A stretch of DNA of 64,000 bases from Cetorhinus maximus (lineage: Eukaryota). Position numbers and translations under genes: made by a program. The stretch spans positions 3,162,001 through 3,226,000 of the forward strand of contig NC_135901.1 of NCBI RefSeq assembly GCF_964194155.1, written 5' to 3'. Below are positions 36,411-49,214 of this stretch, piece after piece. Position 1 is the first letter of the stretch. Each line of letters begins with the position of its first letter. A model generated the notes under the pieces. The model did no database searches. It was given only the letters and a program-made list of their open reading frames with translations, and was not told the DNA's origin.

Positions 36411-37959
36411 TGGACCAGGCAGCAGGAGGAGAGAATATTGTGAATTTCTATCCTGGACTGACAGTGATGGAGTCTGGAACCCCTTTTACAGGGGTTAGGA
36501 GGGGAGGATTTACACACAGCAAACTCAAATCAAGAGAAATGTTTGTCTCTTCTGAATTTGTACCTGCATCTGACACTTATGACTTTTGTAATCTCCTTTT
36601 ACAGAGAGCTAGAAGATTTGAAGTCTGTGAGATTTTTCTCTGACTCCAATGCTTCTGATATCTTTCCAGCTGCAGGCTCCAGCAGGAGATTTTAAATTTG
36701 AAAACAGTGAAATTGTTTCAGGGGTGAGTATTATTGAACATTCATCGACAATTTAGAGCTTTTACTGCTGCGCTCTGGTCCCATGTCTCTGAGGCTGGTG
36801 TGGCTCCTTTACTGTGGATCTGAATCCATGTCCATCCATTGCTCTGCTTCACCCCTACCCTTCACAATCACCTCTCTACCGTTGTATGGCTCCATCTGCC
36901 TCTAATGATGGGTGTATTTTAACCATGTTTAGTATTTTACTGTTATTTTCACCAACTGTGTCTAAATGAGGCTTCCACTGCTGCCCATCCCCCCAGCTAT
37001 TCACTGTTGATTTACCAGCTTTATCTTCCCATGGCCAGGAATTATTTTTCCTGCACTAGAGATCATTTCTCTCCCACTTCTGAGCTTATATTGACTGTCA
37101 AATTCTGCTTCATTTGTATTCCCCATAATTCATTCTGTACACCCTGAAATGTTAACTCTTTCTCTTTCCACAGTTACTGCCTGACCTGCTGAGTATTTCT
37201 AGCACTTGCTCTTTTTATTTCAGATTTCCAGCAGCTGCAGTATTTTGGTTTGGTTTTATTGCAGGCATTTCTCACAGAACCGAGTCTGGGAACAGAGATG
37301 AACCAATTAAGAACGGATTTGTATTTGGGTGGGTGTTGATTGGAGAGGTTGGTCCCTGGCCTCCAGTGTTAGTCTTTTTCATGCAGCCATAGAATTACAA
37401 TACAGGAGGCCATTTATCCTGTCATTCCTGTGCTGGCTGTGTGCAACTGCAGATCAGCTAGTCCCACTCCCTGCCCTTTCCTCATAGCCCAGCTTTTTCT
37501 CTTCAGGTACTTATCCAATTTTATTTTCAAAGCCTTTGCTGTATCAGTTTGAGCTGGAGTGGAGATGGAGGAGAAGCTGCTGGGTTTAACCACAAGGACC
37601 CAGCAATTTCCAACGTGAAGTTGTCAAAGGGAGGTAGGTTTTGGGGAAGATGAGGTTGATGAGCAGACACTGGCCATGAAATGTAAAAGATCATTGTTTT
37701 AGGAAAAAATATTTCTGTAGATGCTTTTAATCTACTCTACAAATGCATACTTATAAAATTTATTCTGGGGATTTGGGCGTCACTAACAAGACCAGCAGCA
37801 GATATTTCCCATCCCCAGTTACCTGTGGAGAAGATGATGTTTGACCTTCTTGAACTGCTGCAGTCCGTGTGGTGAAGGTGCTCCCACAATGATGTTAGAT
37901 AAGGAGTTACAGGTTATTCACCAGTGATGAAGAAGAAACAACGATATATGTCCAAATCA

Positions 37960-39230
37960 ATAACAACAATTTGTATTTATATTGCAACTTTAATGTAACA
38001 AAATGTTCCAAGGCATTTCCCAGAAATATTACAAAGCAACATTTGACACTGAGCCACATAAGGAGATATTTGGGCAGGTGACCAGAAGCTTTGTCAAAGA
38101 GGTAGGCTTTAAGGAGTATCTTAAAGGGGGAAATTGAGGTAGAGAGGCAGAGAAGTTTAGGGAGGAAATTCCAGAGCTTACGGCCTAGGCAACTGAAGGC
38201 ACAGCCACCAAAGGTGGAACAGTTAAAATAGGAATGCTCAGGAGGTTGGAATTAGATGAGCACAGATATCTCAGAGGATCATGAGACTGATGGAGGTTAC
38301 AGAGACAGGGAGGGGCCAAGGAGGAATTTGAAAATAAGGATGAGAAATTAAAAATTTAGATTCTTCTTAACCAAGAACCTTTGTCGGTCAGCGGGCACAG
38401 GAGTGATGGGCGAGGAAAACTTGGTGTGAGTAAACACAAGGGCAGCAGAGTTTTGGATAGCCTCAAGATTACAGAGAGGTTGAATGTGGGAGGCTGGCAC
38501 GGAGTGCCTTAGGATAGTTAAGTCTAGAGGTAACAAAGGAATGGATGAGAGTTTCAGCAACAGGTGAGCTGAGACTAGGGCAGAGTTGGGCGAAGTTACT
38601 GAGGTGGAAACAGGCCGTCTGGGTGATGATGAGGATGTGTGGTTGTAAGCTTTTTTCATTACTTATTCATGGAATGTGGGGTTGCTGGCTAGGCCAGCAT
38701 TTATTGCCCATCCCTGATTGCCCTTGTTTAGAGGGCAATTAAGAGCCAGTCACATTGCTGTGGGTCTGGAGTCACACGTAGGCCAGACCAGGTAAGGACA
38801 GCAGATTTCCTTCCCTAAAGGACATTAGTGAACCAGATGGGTTTTTTTTTGTAGTAAAAACCCATCTGGTTTACTACTGTCCTCTAGGGATGGAATTCTG
38901 CCGTCCTTGTACTGGTCTGGCCGACATGTGACTCCAGACCCACAGCAATGTGGTTGACTCTTAACTTAGGGATGGGCAATAAATGCTGGTCTAGCTAGCG
39001 ATGCTCACATCCCATGAACGAATGATTTTAAAAAAGAGCTCATCTTGGGGTGAAGTATTACACTAAAGTTTTGAACAGTCTGGTTCAGCCTCAGACAGTT
39101 GCCAGGGAGAGAGATGAAGTCAGTTGTTAGGGAATGGAGTTTGTAGTAGGGACTGAAGACAACACTTTCAGTCTTCCCAGTATTTATATGAAAGAATTTT
39201 CTGTTCATTCATTACTGGATGTCAGACCAG
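37960..39230 (-). mobile_element. L2-type LINE 3' fragment split by an inverted SINE pair (38650-39030)
   Basis: IQNSAALVFTHTK..PITPV (38348..38659) and INTGKTE (39005..39208); tail near 37965. Confidence 0.7.
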
Positions 39231-39467
39231 TCAGGAGAGTGTGTGACTTCAAGGCGAACTTGGAGAGTTGGTGTTCACATACACCGGCTACCCTGGTCCT
39301 AGGTGCTGGAGGCTAGTGGTTCAGGAGATTTGTCAAAGTTATGGTCGAGTAGTAGTTATATAAAATCCCTCTCCTTCAACTGCTGCCTCTCCTACTTCTC
39401 TCTCTCTCTCTCCTTCCATAGAGACCAGAGTCTTGCATAGGCCCAGTCTGGGTGGAAGGTTCCATTA

Positions 39468-40215
39468 ATAAGAACTAGGAGCAGGAGTAGGTTATTCAGT
39501 CCCTCGAGCCTGCCCCGCCATTCAATACGATCATGGCTGATCTCATTTCGGCCTCAACTCCCGCCCTCTCCCCATAACCATTCAACCCGTTACTAATTAA
39601 AAATCTGTCTATGTCCTCCTTAAATTTATTCAGCGTCCCGGCATCCACTGCACTCTGAGATAGTGAATTCCACAGATTCACGACTTTGAGAAAAGTAATT
39701 CCTCCTCATCTCTGATTTAAATCTACCACCCCTTAGCTTAAAACTATGGCCTCTTGTTCTAGAATGCCCCAGAAGAGGAAACATCCGCTCCACGTCTACT
39801 TTGTCTCTCCCCTTTAGCATCTTATATACCTCAATTAGATCTCCTCTCATCCTTCTAAACTCTAGCAAGTATAGGCCTAAACTGCTCAATCTCTCCTCAT
39901 AAGACAAGTCCCGCATCTATGGAATCAATCTCGTGAACCTCCTCTGAACTGCCTCCAATGCAACTACATCCTTCCTCAAGTAAGGGGACCAAAACTGTGT
40001 ACAGTGCTCCAGGTGCAGTCTCACCAATGCCTTGTACAGTTTCAGCAATACTTCCCTATTTTTATACTCTATTCCCTTAGCAATAAATGCCAAAGTTCCA
40101 TTTGCCTTCCTTATTACCTGCTGTACCTGCATACTAGCTTTCAGCAATTCATGCACGAGGACACCCAGACCCCTCTGCACTGAAGCATTCTGAAGTTTCT
40201 CTCCATTTAAATAAT
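39468..40215 (-). mobile_element. CR1 3' fragment
   Basis: ORFs 39917..40180, 39626..39916 and 39496..39681 give the CR1 ORF2 C-terminus. Confidence 0.88.
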
Positions 40216-40481
40216 AATAATAAATAATAATAATTCCCTGAAGGACATTAGTGAGCCAGTTGGGTTTTTACGACAATCCAGCAGTTTTTATGGTCACTTT
40301 TCCCTGGTGCCGGCCCCACAAATTACCAGATTCATTCAGCTCCATTTCACAACCTGCCTTTGTGTTTCTGTGGGTTCTCCCTCACTCCCTTTTTTCTGTT
40401 TTACATCGATTTCACAGGATATTAGAAGGGGAGGATTTGCAGCCCAATTTATCATAATGTGAATGTCACCGGATTTTGAAC

Positions 40482-41687
40482 ACGGAAGGAGAAAGCACTG
40501 TTCACAGTGGAGAGAAACCGTACACGTGTTCTGTGTGTGGTCGAGGCTTCAGCCAATTATCTGACCGATCAGAACATAAATGCAGTCACAACAGGGAGAA
40601 GCCGTGGAAATGTGGGGACTGTGGGAAAGGATTTAATTACCCGTCTGACCTGAAAACTCATCGGCGCAGTCACACTGGGGAGAGGCCATTCACCTGCTCC
40701 GAGTGTGGGAAGGGATTCACTCAGTCCTCCCACCTGCTGATACATCAACGTGTTCACACTGATGAGAGGCCATTCAGATGCTCTCACTGTGGGATGCGTT
40801 TCAGGCGATCATCTGACCTCACTGTACACCAACGAGTTCACACTGGAGAGAGGCCGTTCATCTGCTCCAAGTGCGGGAAGGGATTCACTCGATCATCCAA
40901 CTTGCTGATACACCAGCAAATTCACACTGGGGAGAGACCATTCACCTGCTCCGAGTGTGGGAAGGGATTCAATCATTCATCTGACCTGCTGCAACACCAG
41001 CGCGTTCACACTGGAGAGAGGCCATTCACCTGCTCTGAATGTGGGAAGGGGTTTACTTGTTCATCAGACCTGCTGACACACCAGCGAGTTCACACTGGGG
41101 AGAGACCATTCATATGCTCCAAGTGTGGGACAGGATTTGCTCGCTCATCCACATTACTGAGGCACCAGCGAATTCACACTGACGCGAGACCGTTTAAATG
41201 CCCAGTCTGTGGGAAGTGTTATAAAAGCTCCAAGGAACTGTTGTCTCATCAACGTGTTCACACGGATGAAAGACCATTCAGGTGCTCTCTCTGCGGGACT
41301 GGATTCAATCAATCATCTGACCTCACTGTACACCAGCGAATTCACACTGGGGAGAGGCCACTCACCTGCACGGAGTGTGGGAAGGGATTCACTCAGTCAT
41401 CCAATCTGCTCAGACACCAGCGAGTTCACACTGTGGAGCGACCGTTTAAATGCTCAGACTGTGGGAAGCGTTATAAAGGTTCCCAGGAACTGATGTCCCA
41501 TCAACGTGTTCACGCTGACGAGAGACCATTCAGGTGCTCTCAATGCGGGATTGGATTTAAGCGATCATCTCAACTCACTGTACACCAGCGAATTCACACT
41601 GGGGAGAGACCGTTCAGCTGCACAGACTGTGGGAAGGGATTCACTCAGTCTTCCGCTCTACTGAGACACCAGCGAGTTCACAAGTAA
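40482..41687 (+). CDS. C2H2 zinc-finger array, 14 fingers, type A; ACG at the usual start position (non-AUG start or young pseudogene)
   Basis: Intact ~400-aa frame. aacACGgaagga replaces aacATGgaagga of the paralogues; in-frame TAA at 40455-40457; acceptor at 40418. Confidence 0.78.
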   Translation, partial: TEGESTVHSGEKPYTCSVCGRGFSQLSDRSEHKCSHNREKPWKCGDCGKGFNYPSDLKTHRRSHTGERPFTCSECGKGFTQSSHLLIHQRVHTDERPFRCSHCGMRFRRSSDLTVHQRVHTGERPFICSKCGKGFTRSSNLLIHQQIHTGERPFTCSECGKGFNHSSDLLQHQRVHTGERPFTCSECGKGFTCSSDLLTHQRVHTGERPFICSKCGTGFARSSTLLRHQRIHTDARPFKCPVCGKCYKSSKELLSHQRVHTDERPFRCSLCGTGFNQSSDLTVHQRIHTGERPLTCTECGKGFTQSSNLLRHQRVHTVERPFKCSDCGKRYKGSQELMSHQRVHADERPFRCSQCGIGFKRSSQLTVHQRIHTGERPFSCTDCGKGFTQSSALLRHQRVHK

Positions 41688-41764
41688 TTACCGTGATTGG
41701 ATTTTACAGCTGGTCACACCAGGACTGGGCCATGTTCTTTGGGGTCTGTTTTTGCTGATGTTCA

Positions 41765-44700
41765 CAGAATCACAGAATTTTAACGGCACAAAAGGAGGCC
41801 ATTCGGCCTATCGTGTCTGCACCAGCTCTGCAAATGAGCATCATGGCCTAGTGCCATTGCCCTGCCTTTTCCCTGTACCCTTGCACATTGTTTTGATCCA
41901 AATAACCATCTAATGCCTTCTTGAATGCCTCAGTTGAACCTGGCTCCACCGCACTTCCAGACAGTGCATTCCAGACCCGAACCACTCGTTGTGTGAAAAA
42001 GATTTTTCTCCTGTCCCACTCGCTTCTTTTGTAAATCACTTTAAATCTGTGCCCTCTCGTTCTTGATCCTTTTACGAGTGGGAACAGCTTCTCCCCGTCT
42101 ACTCTGTCCAGACCCTTCATGATTTTGAACATCTCTATCAAATCTTCTCTTAGCCTTCTTCTCTCCAAGGAGAACAGCCTTAATCTCTCCAATTTATCCC
42201 CATTGCTGAAGTTTCTCATCCCTGGGACTATTCTTGTAAACTCCTTCTGCACTCTCTCCAATGTGTTCACATCCTCCCTATAACATGGTGCCCAGAACTG
42301 TACACAATATTCCAGCTGAGGTCTAGTGAGTGTCTTATATAAATCCAGCATAACTTCCCTGCCCTTGTACTCTATGTCCCTATTAATAAAGCCCAGGGCA
42401 CTATAAGCTTTACTAATTGCTCTCTCCACCTGTCCTGCCACTTTCAATGATCTATGCACATATACACCCAGGTCTTTCTGCTTCTACATCCCCATGTTCT
42501 TCCTACCAAAATGCATCACCTCAAACTTCTCTGCATTGAACTTCATCTGCCATCTATCTGCCCACTCTACCAAGTTGTCTGTCCTCTTGAAGTTCCACAC
42601 CGTCCTCCTTGCAGTCCACAACACTCCCAACTTGCATATCGTCTGCAAACTTTGAAATTGTCCCCTGCACACCAAGATCTAGATCGTTAATATATATCAG
42701 GAAAAGCAAGGGTCCCAATACCAGCACCTGGGGAACTCCACTACAAACCTTCCTACAGCCTGAAAAATATCCATTGACCATTACTCTCTGCTTCCCAGTT
42801 TTCAGCCAATTTTGTATCCACATTGCTGCTGTCCCTTTTATTCCATGAGCAATAACTTTTCTCAGAAGTCTGTTGTGTGACACTGTGTCAAATGCGTTTT
42901 GAAGGTCCATATACACTACATCAACTGCATTACCCTCATTCACCTTTTCTGTTACCTCTTCAAAAAACTCCAGCAAGTTAGTTAAACTTTAGTAATCCAT
43001 GCTGGCTCTCCCTTATCAACACATATTTTTCCATGTGACTACTAATTCTATCCCGAATAATTGTTTCTAGAATCTTGCCCACTACTGAAGTTAAACTGAC
43101 TGGTCTGTAATTGCTGGGCTTATCCTTGCAACCTTTTTGAACAAGGGCATAATGTTTACAATTTTGCAGTCCTCTAGCACCACCCCTGAGTTTAGGGAAG
43201 ACTGAAAGACTATGGCCAGTGCCCCTGGAATTTCTACTCTCACTTCTTTCAATATCCTTGGATGCATCTCATTTGGTCCCAGTACCTTGTCAAGTTTTAG
43301 TACCGATAGTCTATTCAACACTTCCTCCCTATCAATTTTGAACCCTTCAGAGTCTGTCACCATGGCTTGGGTAGCATCTACCTCCTTAGTAAAGACGGAT
43401 GCAAAGTGTTCATTTAATACCTCAGCCATGGCCCCTTCGTCCATGTGTAAATTCCCTTTTCAGTCCCCAATCAGCCATACTCCTCTTTTTATCAACTTTT
43501 TACTATTTATATGCCTGTAGAAAACTTTGGGATTCCCCTTTATGTTGGCTGCCAGTCTCTTCTCATAATCCCTCTTCGCTTCTCTCATGTGCTTTTTCAC
43601 CTCCCCTCTGAACCTTTTGTATTCCACTTGGTTCTCAATTGTATTTTCTACCTGACACCTGTCATAAGTGCACTTTTTCTTTTTATCTGAATTTCAATCT
43701 CCTTTTTCATCCAGAGAGCTCTGGATTTGTTAGCCCCACCTTTCCCTTTAGATGGAATATAGACTCATGGACGTTTACAGCACAGAAGGAGGCCATTCAG
43801 CCCATCATGTCTGAGCTGGTTAACAAAGATCTAACTACACTAATCCCATTTTCCAGCACTTGACCCATAGCCCTGGAGGCTATGGCAACTCAGGTGAATG
43901 TCTAAATACTTGACTGTGCCCGAACCAATTCATTTTTTGAAGGTAGCCCATTGTTCAGCTACAGTTTTTCCTGCCAATCTTTTGTTCCAGTCTATCTGGC
44001 CCAGCTCCATTTTTGTTCCATTGAAGTCGGCTCTTGTCCCATTAATTATTCTTACTCTGGATTGCCTATCGTGCTTTTCTCATCATCATCCTAAAACATG
44101 CAATACAATAATCACTATCTCCTAAATGTTCCCCCACTGACACTTGATCTACTTGGCCAACCTAATTTCCAAGAACCAGGTCCAACAGTGGATTAGACAC
44201 ATACTTCTGGAGAATATTCTCCTGAACACAATTTAGGAACTTTTGTCCCTCTCTGCCCTTTACACTACCACTGTCCCAATCTATATTCGGGTAATTAAAG
44301 TCTCCCATTATAACTACTCTATAATGCCTGCATTTCTCTGTATTTTCCGTGCAGATTTGTTCCTCTACACCCTTCCCGCTAGTTGGCGGTCTATAGGCTA
44401 CACCAAGCAATGTAATTGCACCCTTTTTGCTCCTTAACCCTAGCCAAATTGATTCTGTCCTTGAACCCTCTGGGACATCCTCTTTCTCCAGCACTGCAAT
44501 GCTCTCCTTAACCAATACCGCCACCCCTCATCCTTTCCTTCCTTTCCTGTCTCTTCTGAACACCTTGTACTCGGGAATATTGAACACCCAGTTCTGCCCT
44601 TCCTTGAGCCAGGTCTGTTATTGCCACAACATCACATTTCCACATGGCAGTCTGCACCTGTAACTCCCCAAACTTATTTACTATACTCTGTGCATTACAT

Positions 44701-45335
44701 GCATGCACAATAACCCTGATTTGGCTTTTGTTACTTTCTCCCTTGCCCCGACTTTACCTATTAACTTACTCTTCTCTAAACTAGTACTCTCTGTCCCTCC
44801 CAGTATTTTGTGCACCCTGGTATTCCTCTCTAATATTTTCTCTTGGTTCCTGCACTCCTGCTGAGCTAGTTTAAAGCCCTCCCAACAGCACTAGCAAAAC
44901 GCCCTGCAAGGAGCTCAGTCCCGGCTCTGTTCAGGTGCAATCCATCTGGCTTCTATAGGTGCCATCTCTCCCAGAGCCTGTCCCAGGAATCTAAAGCCCT
45001 CCCTCCGGCACCACTTTTCCAGCCATGCATTCATCTGCCTTATCCTCCTACTTCTGTAATCACTAGCACATGGCACTAGGAGTATCTGGAGGTTACTACA
45101 GCTGAGGTCCTGCTTGTTAATTTTCTACTTAGCTCCCTAAATTCTGATTGCAGGACTAAATCCTTCCTCCCTAAGTCATTGGTACCAATGTGGACCACGA
45201 CCTCTGGCTGATCACCCTCCCCCAGAAGAATGTCCTGCAGCCGCTCTGTGACATCCTTGACCCTGGCACCAGGGAGGCAACATACCATCCTGGAGTCACT
45301 TCTACGGCCACACAAACACCTGCCTGTTCCCCTAA
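41765..45335 (-). mobile_element. Long degenerate CR1 LINE: ORF1 esterase, APE endonuclease and RT
   Basis: SGNH-like CLPGARVKD..VVHIGTNDL (45076..45342); APE NAQSIVNK, YRPP, GDFN (44162..44708); RT YMDLQNAFD, KFADD (42554..42976); C-terminus 41848..42459. Confidence 0.92.
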
Positions 45336-45719
45336 CTTGCATCTTTCTCCAGTTTCTCTCCTATCTTCTATCTCACTCAGAGCTCATCTTGCCTTCTGCT
45401 TCCTTGACACTATTCTCACTAAACTGCTGACCATCCAACTTCCACATTTTAGACGATATCCTTAACGGTTCTCTCTCTCTTTTGGTACTGTCCCTCTCAC
45501 GTTTAAATCCACTGTTGTCTCCCATCATTAAAAAAACCTTCGACCCCACCGTCCTCTCCCTCTCTTTTTGCTGACTTTGCACTTGCTGGTAAACTGTTAG
45601 ATCTTTAATTTTTTTCAAGTTTGGATAAAAGGTTACTGACCTGAAGCATTCACTCTGTTTCCTTCTCCGTAGATATTTGACCTGCTGAGGTTTTCCAATA
45701 GTTTGTTTTGAGGTCGTGC

Positions 45720-46020
45720 GAACATATGAATTAGGAGCAGGAATAGGCCACTCGGCCCCTCGAGCCTGCTCTGCCATTCAATGAGATTATGGCTCATCTG
45801 ATTGTAACCTCATTCCCGTCTAACCCTGATAACCTTTCGCCCCCCCTTGCTTATCAAGAACCTATCCAGCTCTGCCTTAAAAAGATTCAAAGACTCCCCA
45901 CCGCCTTTTGAGGAAGAGAGTTGCAAAGACTCATGACCCTCTGCGAGAAAAAAAATCTCCTCATCTCTGTCTTAAATGGGCCACCCCTTATTTTTAAACA
46001 GTGACCCCTTTAGTTCTAGG
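45720..46020 (-). mobile_element. CR1 3' tail fragment
   Basis: Reverse complement of the tail seen at 26050-26350. Confidence 0.75.
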
Positions 46021-46169
46021 TCGGATTTCCACCTGGAGTGTTACAGTATTTTGTTTTTGGGTCAGAGTGGATCAGTTTTCTCTGCAATGAGACAACAGGA
46101 ACTGTCACCCTGTTCGACATGAAACTAAACTCACTGTTAATTCCTCATCAGTAACAATGTTAAACGCAA

Positions 46170-46241
46170 AGTTTCCAACCGGGATTGAACCGGGGACTTT
46201 CTCATGTAAAGTAAACGTGATAATTACTGCACTGGGGAAAT
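46170..46241 (-). tRNA. tRNA-Val (TAC anticodon), probably a pseudogene
   Basis: Minus strand atttccccagtgcagtaattatcacgtttacttTACatgagaaagtccccggttcaatcccggttggaaac aligns with vertebrate tRNA-Val GTTTCCGTAGTGTAGTGGTTATCAC..GTCCCCGGTTCGA..GGAAAC. D-loop GG is lost and stems are mismatched. Confidence 0.75.
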
Positions 46242-46329
46242 GAGTGTGAATCCCCCCCGGACAGAGGGGAACTGACCATCCATCTCTAGCTCTAATTCCC
46301 AAACAGAAAATGCTGCCAAGAATCAGCAA

Positions 46330-46700
46330 GTCAGGCTGAGTCTGTGGCCGCTCTCAGCGTTTGAAACCGTCACAATGCCCGGGTGATTGACGGAAGCTGC
46401 GGACCAATAGGAAGAGGGGGCGGGACTGGAGGACCGAGCGTCGAGGATGGTCCTCCAACCAATCGGAGTGAATGCGGGGGCGGGACCGGACTGTGACTGA
46501 AGCATGCGCAGTGCGGGTAATGGCGATGGGGAGACGGGTCCACAATGGGTAAAGGGGGGGTTGGCGGGGCGGAGGGAGCGATGGATCCGGCGGGTGGACG
46601 GAGAGGCTCCGGAAACATGTTGTGTAAACCGCAAACCCCGGAAATAAACTGACCGGTTCCCCCCTCCCCCGTTTGCACCGAGCGGGGCCGCAGCTCCCAG
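46330..46700 (+). promoter_or_regulatory. CpG promoter/first exon of ZNF 48254..49012
   Basis: Two CCAAT plus GC-box pairs (46404-46484), NRF1 gcatgcgca (~46502), aatggcg, ETS-like ccggaa. Confidence 0.75.
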
Positions 46701-46741
46701 ATCAATGAAGAGCCGGTTTGTATCAGGCTGGACATTGGTTC

Positions 46742-47220
46742 TTTTATTCATTCACGGGATGTGGGCTTCACTGGCTGGGGCAGCATTTACTGCCCATCCC
46801 TAGTTGCCCTTGAGAAGGTGGTGGTGAGCTGCCTTCTTGAACCGCTGCAGTCCCTCTGGTGTAGGTACACCCACTGTGCTGTTAGGAAGGGATGTTGACC
46901 CAGTGACAGTGAAGGAACGGGATATATTTCCAAGTCAGGAAGGTGAGTGATTTGGAGGGGAACTTCCAGGTGGCGGTGTTCCCATCCAACTGCTGCCCTT
47001 GTCCTTCTAGATGGTAGAAGTCGTGGGTTTGGAAAATGCTATTGAAGGAGCCTCGGTGGATTGCTGCAGTGCATCTTATAGATGGTACACACAGCTGCTA
47101 CTGTTCGTTGGTGGTGGAGGGAGTGAAGGTTTGTGGATGGGGTGTCAATCGAGAGGGCTGCTTTGTCCTGGATGGTGTCAAGCTTCTTGAGTTTTGTTGG
47201 AGCTGCACTCATCCAGGCAT
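46742..47220 (-). mobile_element. LINE 3' fragment (same family as 29778-30835)
   Basis: AWMSAAPTKLKKLDTIQDKAA..LHSLHHQRTVAAVCTIYKMHC plus tail. Confidence 0.85.
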
Positions 47221-48253
47221 TCTTCGCTCCCTCGGCTTGACACATTTATTTGTCTGGCTAAAAGGATGGCCTCTTTCCTAATGTTCACAATTAAAGTGGT
47301 GGATTCCCCAGGAGATGGCTGACATTTGAGGGGACAGTAAAGTAATATAGGACAGAAATATGCCTGGTGTTATTATATGGTATATATTAGATATGTTATT
47401 TATGATTCTGTAATAAAGTTAATTTATTGTTATTTCTAGTCTTGTAACATAGCACTGTAGCTATGTTATATATTTCGAGTCAGTCATTATGGCACAGAAG
47501 GAGTCCATTCAGTAATTCAAATCCATGCTGATTCTCTGTAGAGTAACCCAGTCAGTCCTATTCCCCTTCTATATCCCCGTTCCCCTGCAAGTTTATTTCC
47601 TTCAAGTGCACACCCAGTTTCATTTTCATATCATTGACCATCTCCACTTCCACCACACAGTGAGTTCCATGTCTAGCAGCCTGCCTGAACATTTTCAGGT
47701 CTGTGTCCTGGACAGAAAGCGATGAGCATGATCTGTTAGGTCAGCAGATTGAGATTGGATGGAGAATATGTGGGATCGAGATTGACAGTCTTTGGGGAAT
47801 GAAAGAGGAAAGAATGTTCCATAGAAAGTAGACTTGTGTGTTCTGAATTTCTATCCTGTACTGACAGTGATGACTTTTGTAAACTAACTCCATTTACAGG
47901 ATATTAGAAACGGAGGATTTACAGACAGAAATCGCAAACCAAACATTACATCCAGACCTGACTTGATTTATGGGAGCTCAATATCATCAGCCTTTGAACT
48001 AGAAAGAGAAATGTTTGTTCTGTCTGCTTCAACAGATTTTAAACGTCACTGTGTCTGGAAAATCACCAAGAAGCTCGTGTACACACATGTGCGAGAGTTC
48101 CAATGCACTGACTGTGGAGAAAACTTTAACCAGATACACAGACTGAAGAAACATTGCACCATTCACAGCCAGGAGAGACCGAACACGTGTACTGTTTGTG
48201 GATGAGGCTTCAGTTAAACATCTTACCTCAAGGAATGCAAGGACACCTGAACC

Positions 48254-49012
48254 ATGGAGAAACCATGCAAATGTGGGGAATGTGGGAAGGGATTCCGGTC
48301 CCCATCTGCACTGGAATCTCATCGCCGCATTCACACTGGGGAGAGGCCGTTCACCTGCTCTGATTGTGGAAAGGGATTCACTCAGTTATCCCACCTGCAG
48401 ATACACCAGCGACTTCACACCGGGGAGAGGCCGTTCACCTGCACTGATTGTGGGAAGGGATTCACTAACTCTTCCAATCTGCGGACACACCAGCGAGTTC
48501 ACACGGGGGAGAGACCGTTCACCTGCTCCATATGTGGGAAAGGTTTCAGTGATTCATCCAGCTTGCTGATACACCAGCGAGTTCATACTGGGGACAAATC
48601 ATTCAACTGCTCTGTATGTGGGAAGCAATTCAGTCGATTATGCAACCTTCTGCGACACCAGCGAGCTCACACTGGGGAGAGGCCGTTCACCTGCTCTGAG
48701 TGTGGGAAGGGATTTGCTGATCCATCCATCTTGCAGAAGCACCGGCGAGTTCACACTGGGGAGAGGCCATTCAGCTGCTCCATGTGTGGGAAGGGTTTCA
48801 CTCAGTTAACCAACATGCTGACACACCAGCGAGTTCACACTGGGGAGCGGCCTTTCATCTGCTGTGAGTGTGGGAAGGGATTCAGTGATTCATCCACCCT
48901 ACTGCGACACCAGGGTGTTCACACTGGGGAGAGGCCGTTCACCTGCTCCATGTGTGGGAAACGATTCACTCGGTCATCTCACCTGCTGAGACACCAGCGA
49001 GTTCACCAGTAA
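48254..49012 (+). CDS. C2H2 zinc-finger protein, 9 fingers, type B
   Basis: 252-aa ORF; accATGg start; acceptor at 47900. Confidence 0.92.
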   Translation: MEKPCKCGECGKGFRSPSALESHRRIHTGERPFTCSDCGKGFTQLSHLQIHQRLHTGERPFTCTDCGKGFTNSSNLRTHQRVHTGERPFTCSICGKGFSDSSSLLIHQRVHTGDKSFNCSVCGKQFSRLCNLLRHQRAHTGERPFTCSECGKGFADPSILQKHRRVHTGERPFSCSMCGKGFTQLTNMLTHQRVHTGERPFICCECGKGFSDSSTLLRHQGVHTGERPFTCSMCGKRFTRSSHLLRHQRVHQ

Positions 49013-49214
49013 TTACAGGGGTTGGATTCTGCTGTGATTGCTGCTGTCAATCACATTCAAGACTGAACCATGTTCATTCTGACAGTTGGTGAAGTGGGAG
49101 GGTCAAAGGGTTTCTTTCTGCTGTACTGGCCAGTCTTACAACTTTGTTTCCAGTGGTCTGGAAGTGCACATTTCCACTGAAATGTTCCACAGAAGCTGAT
49201 GAAGGTCATTTATT

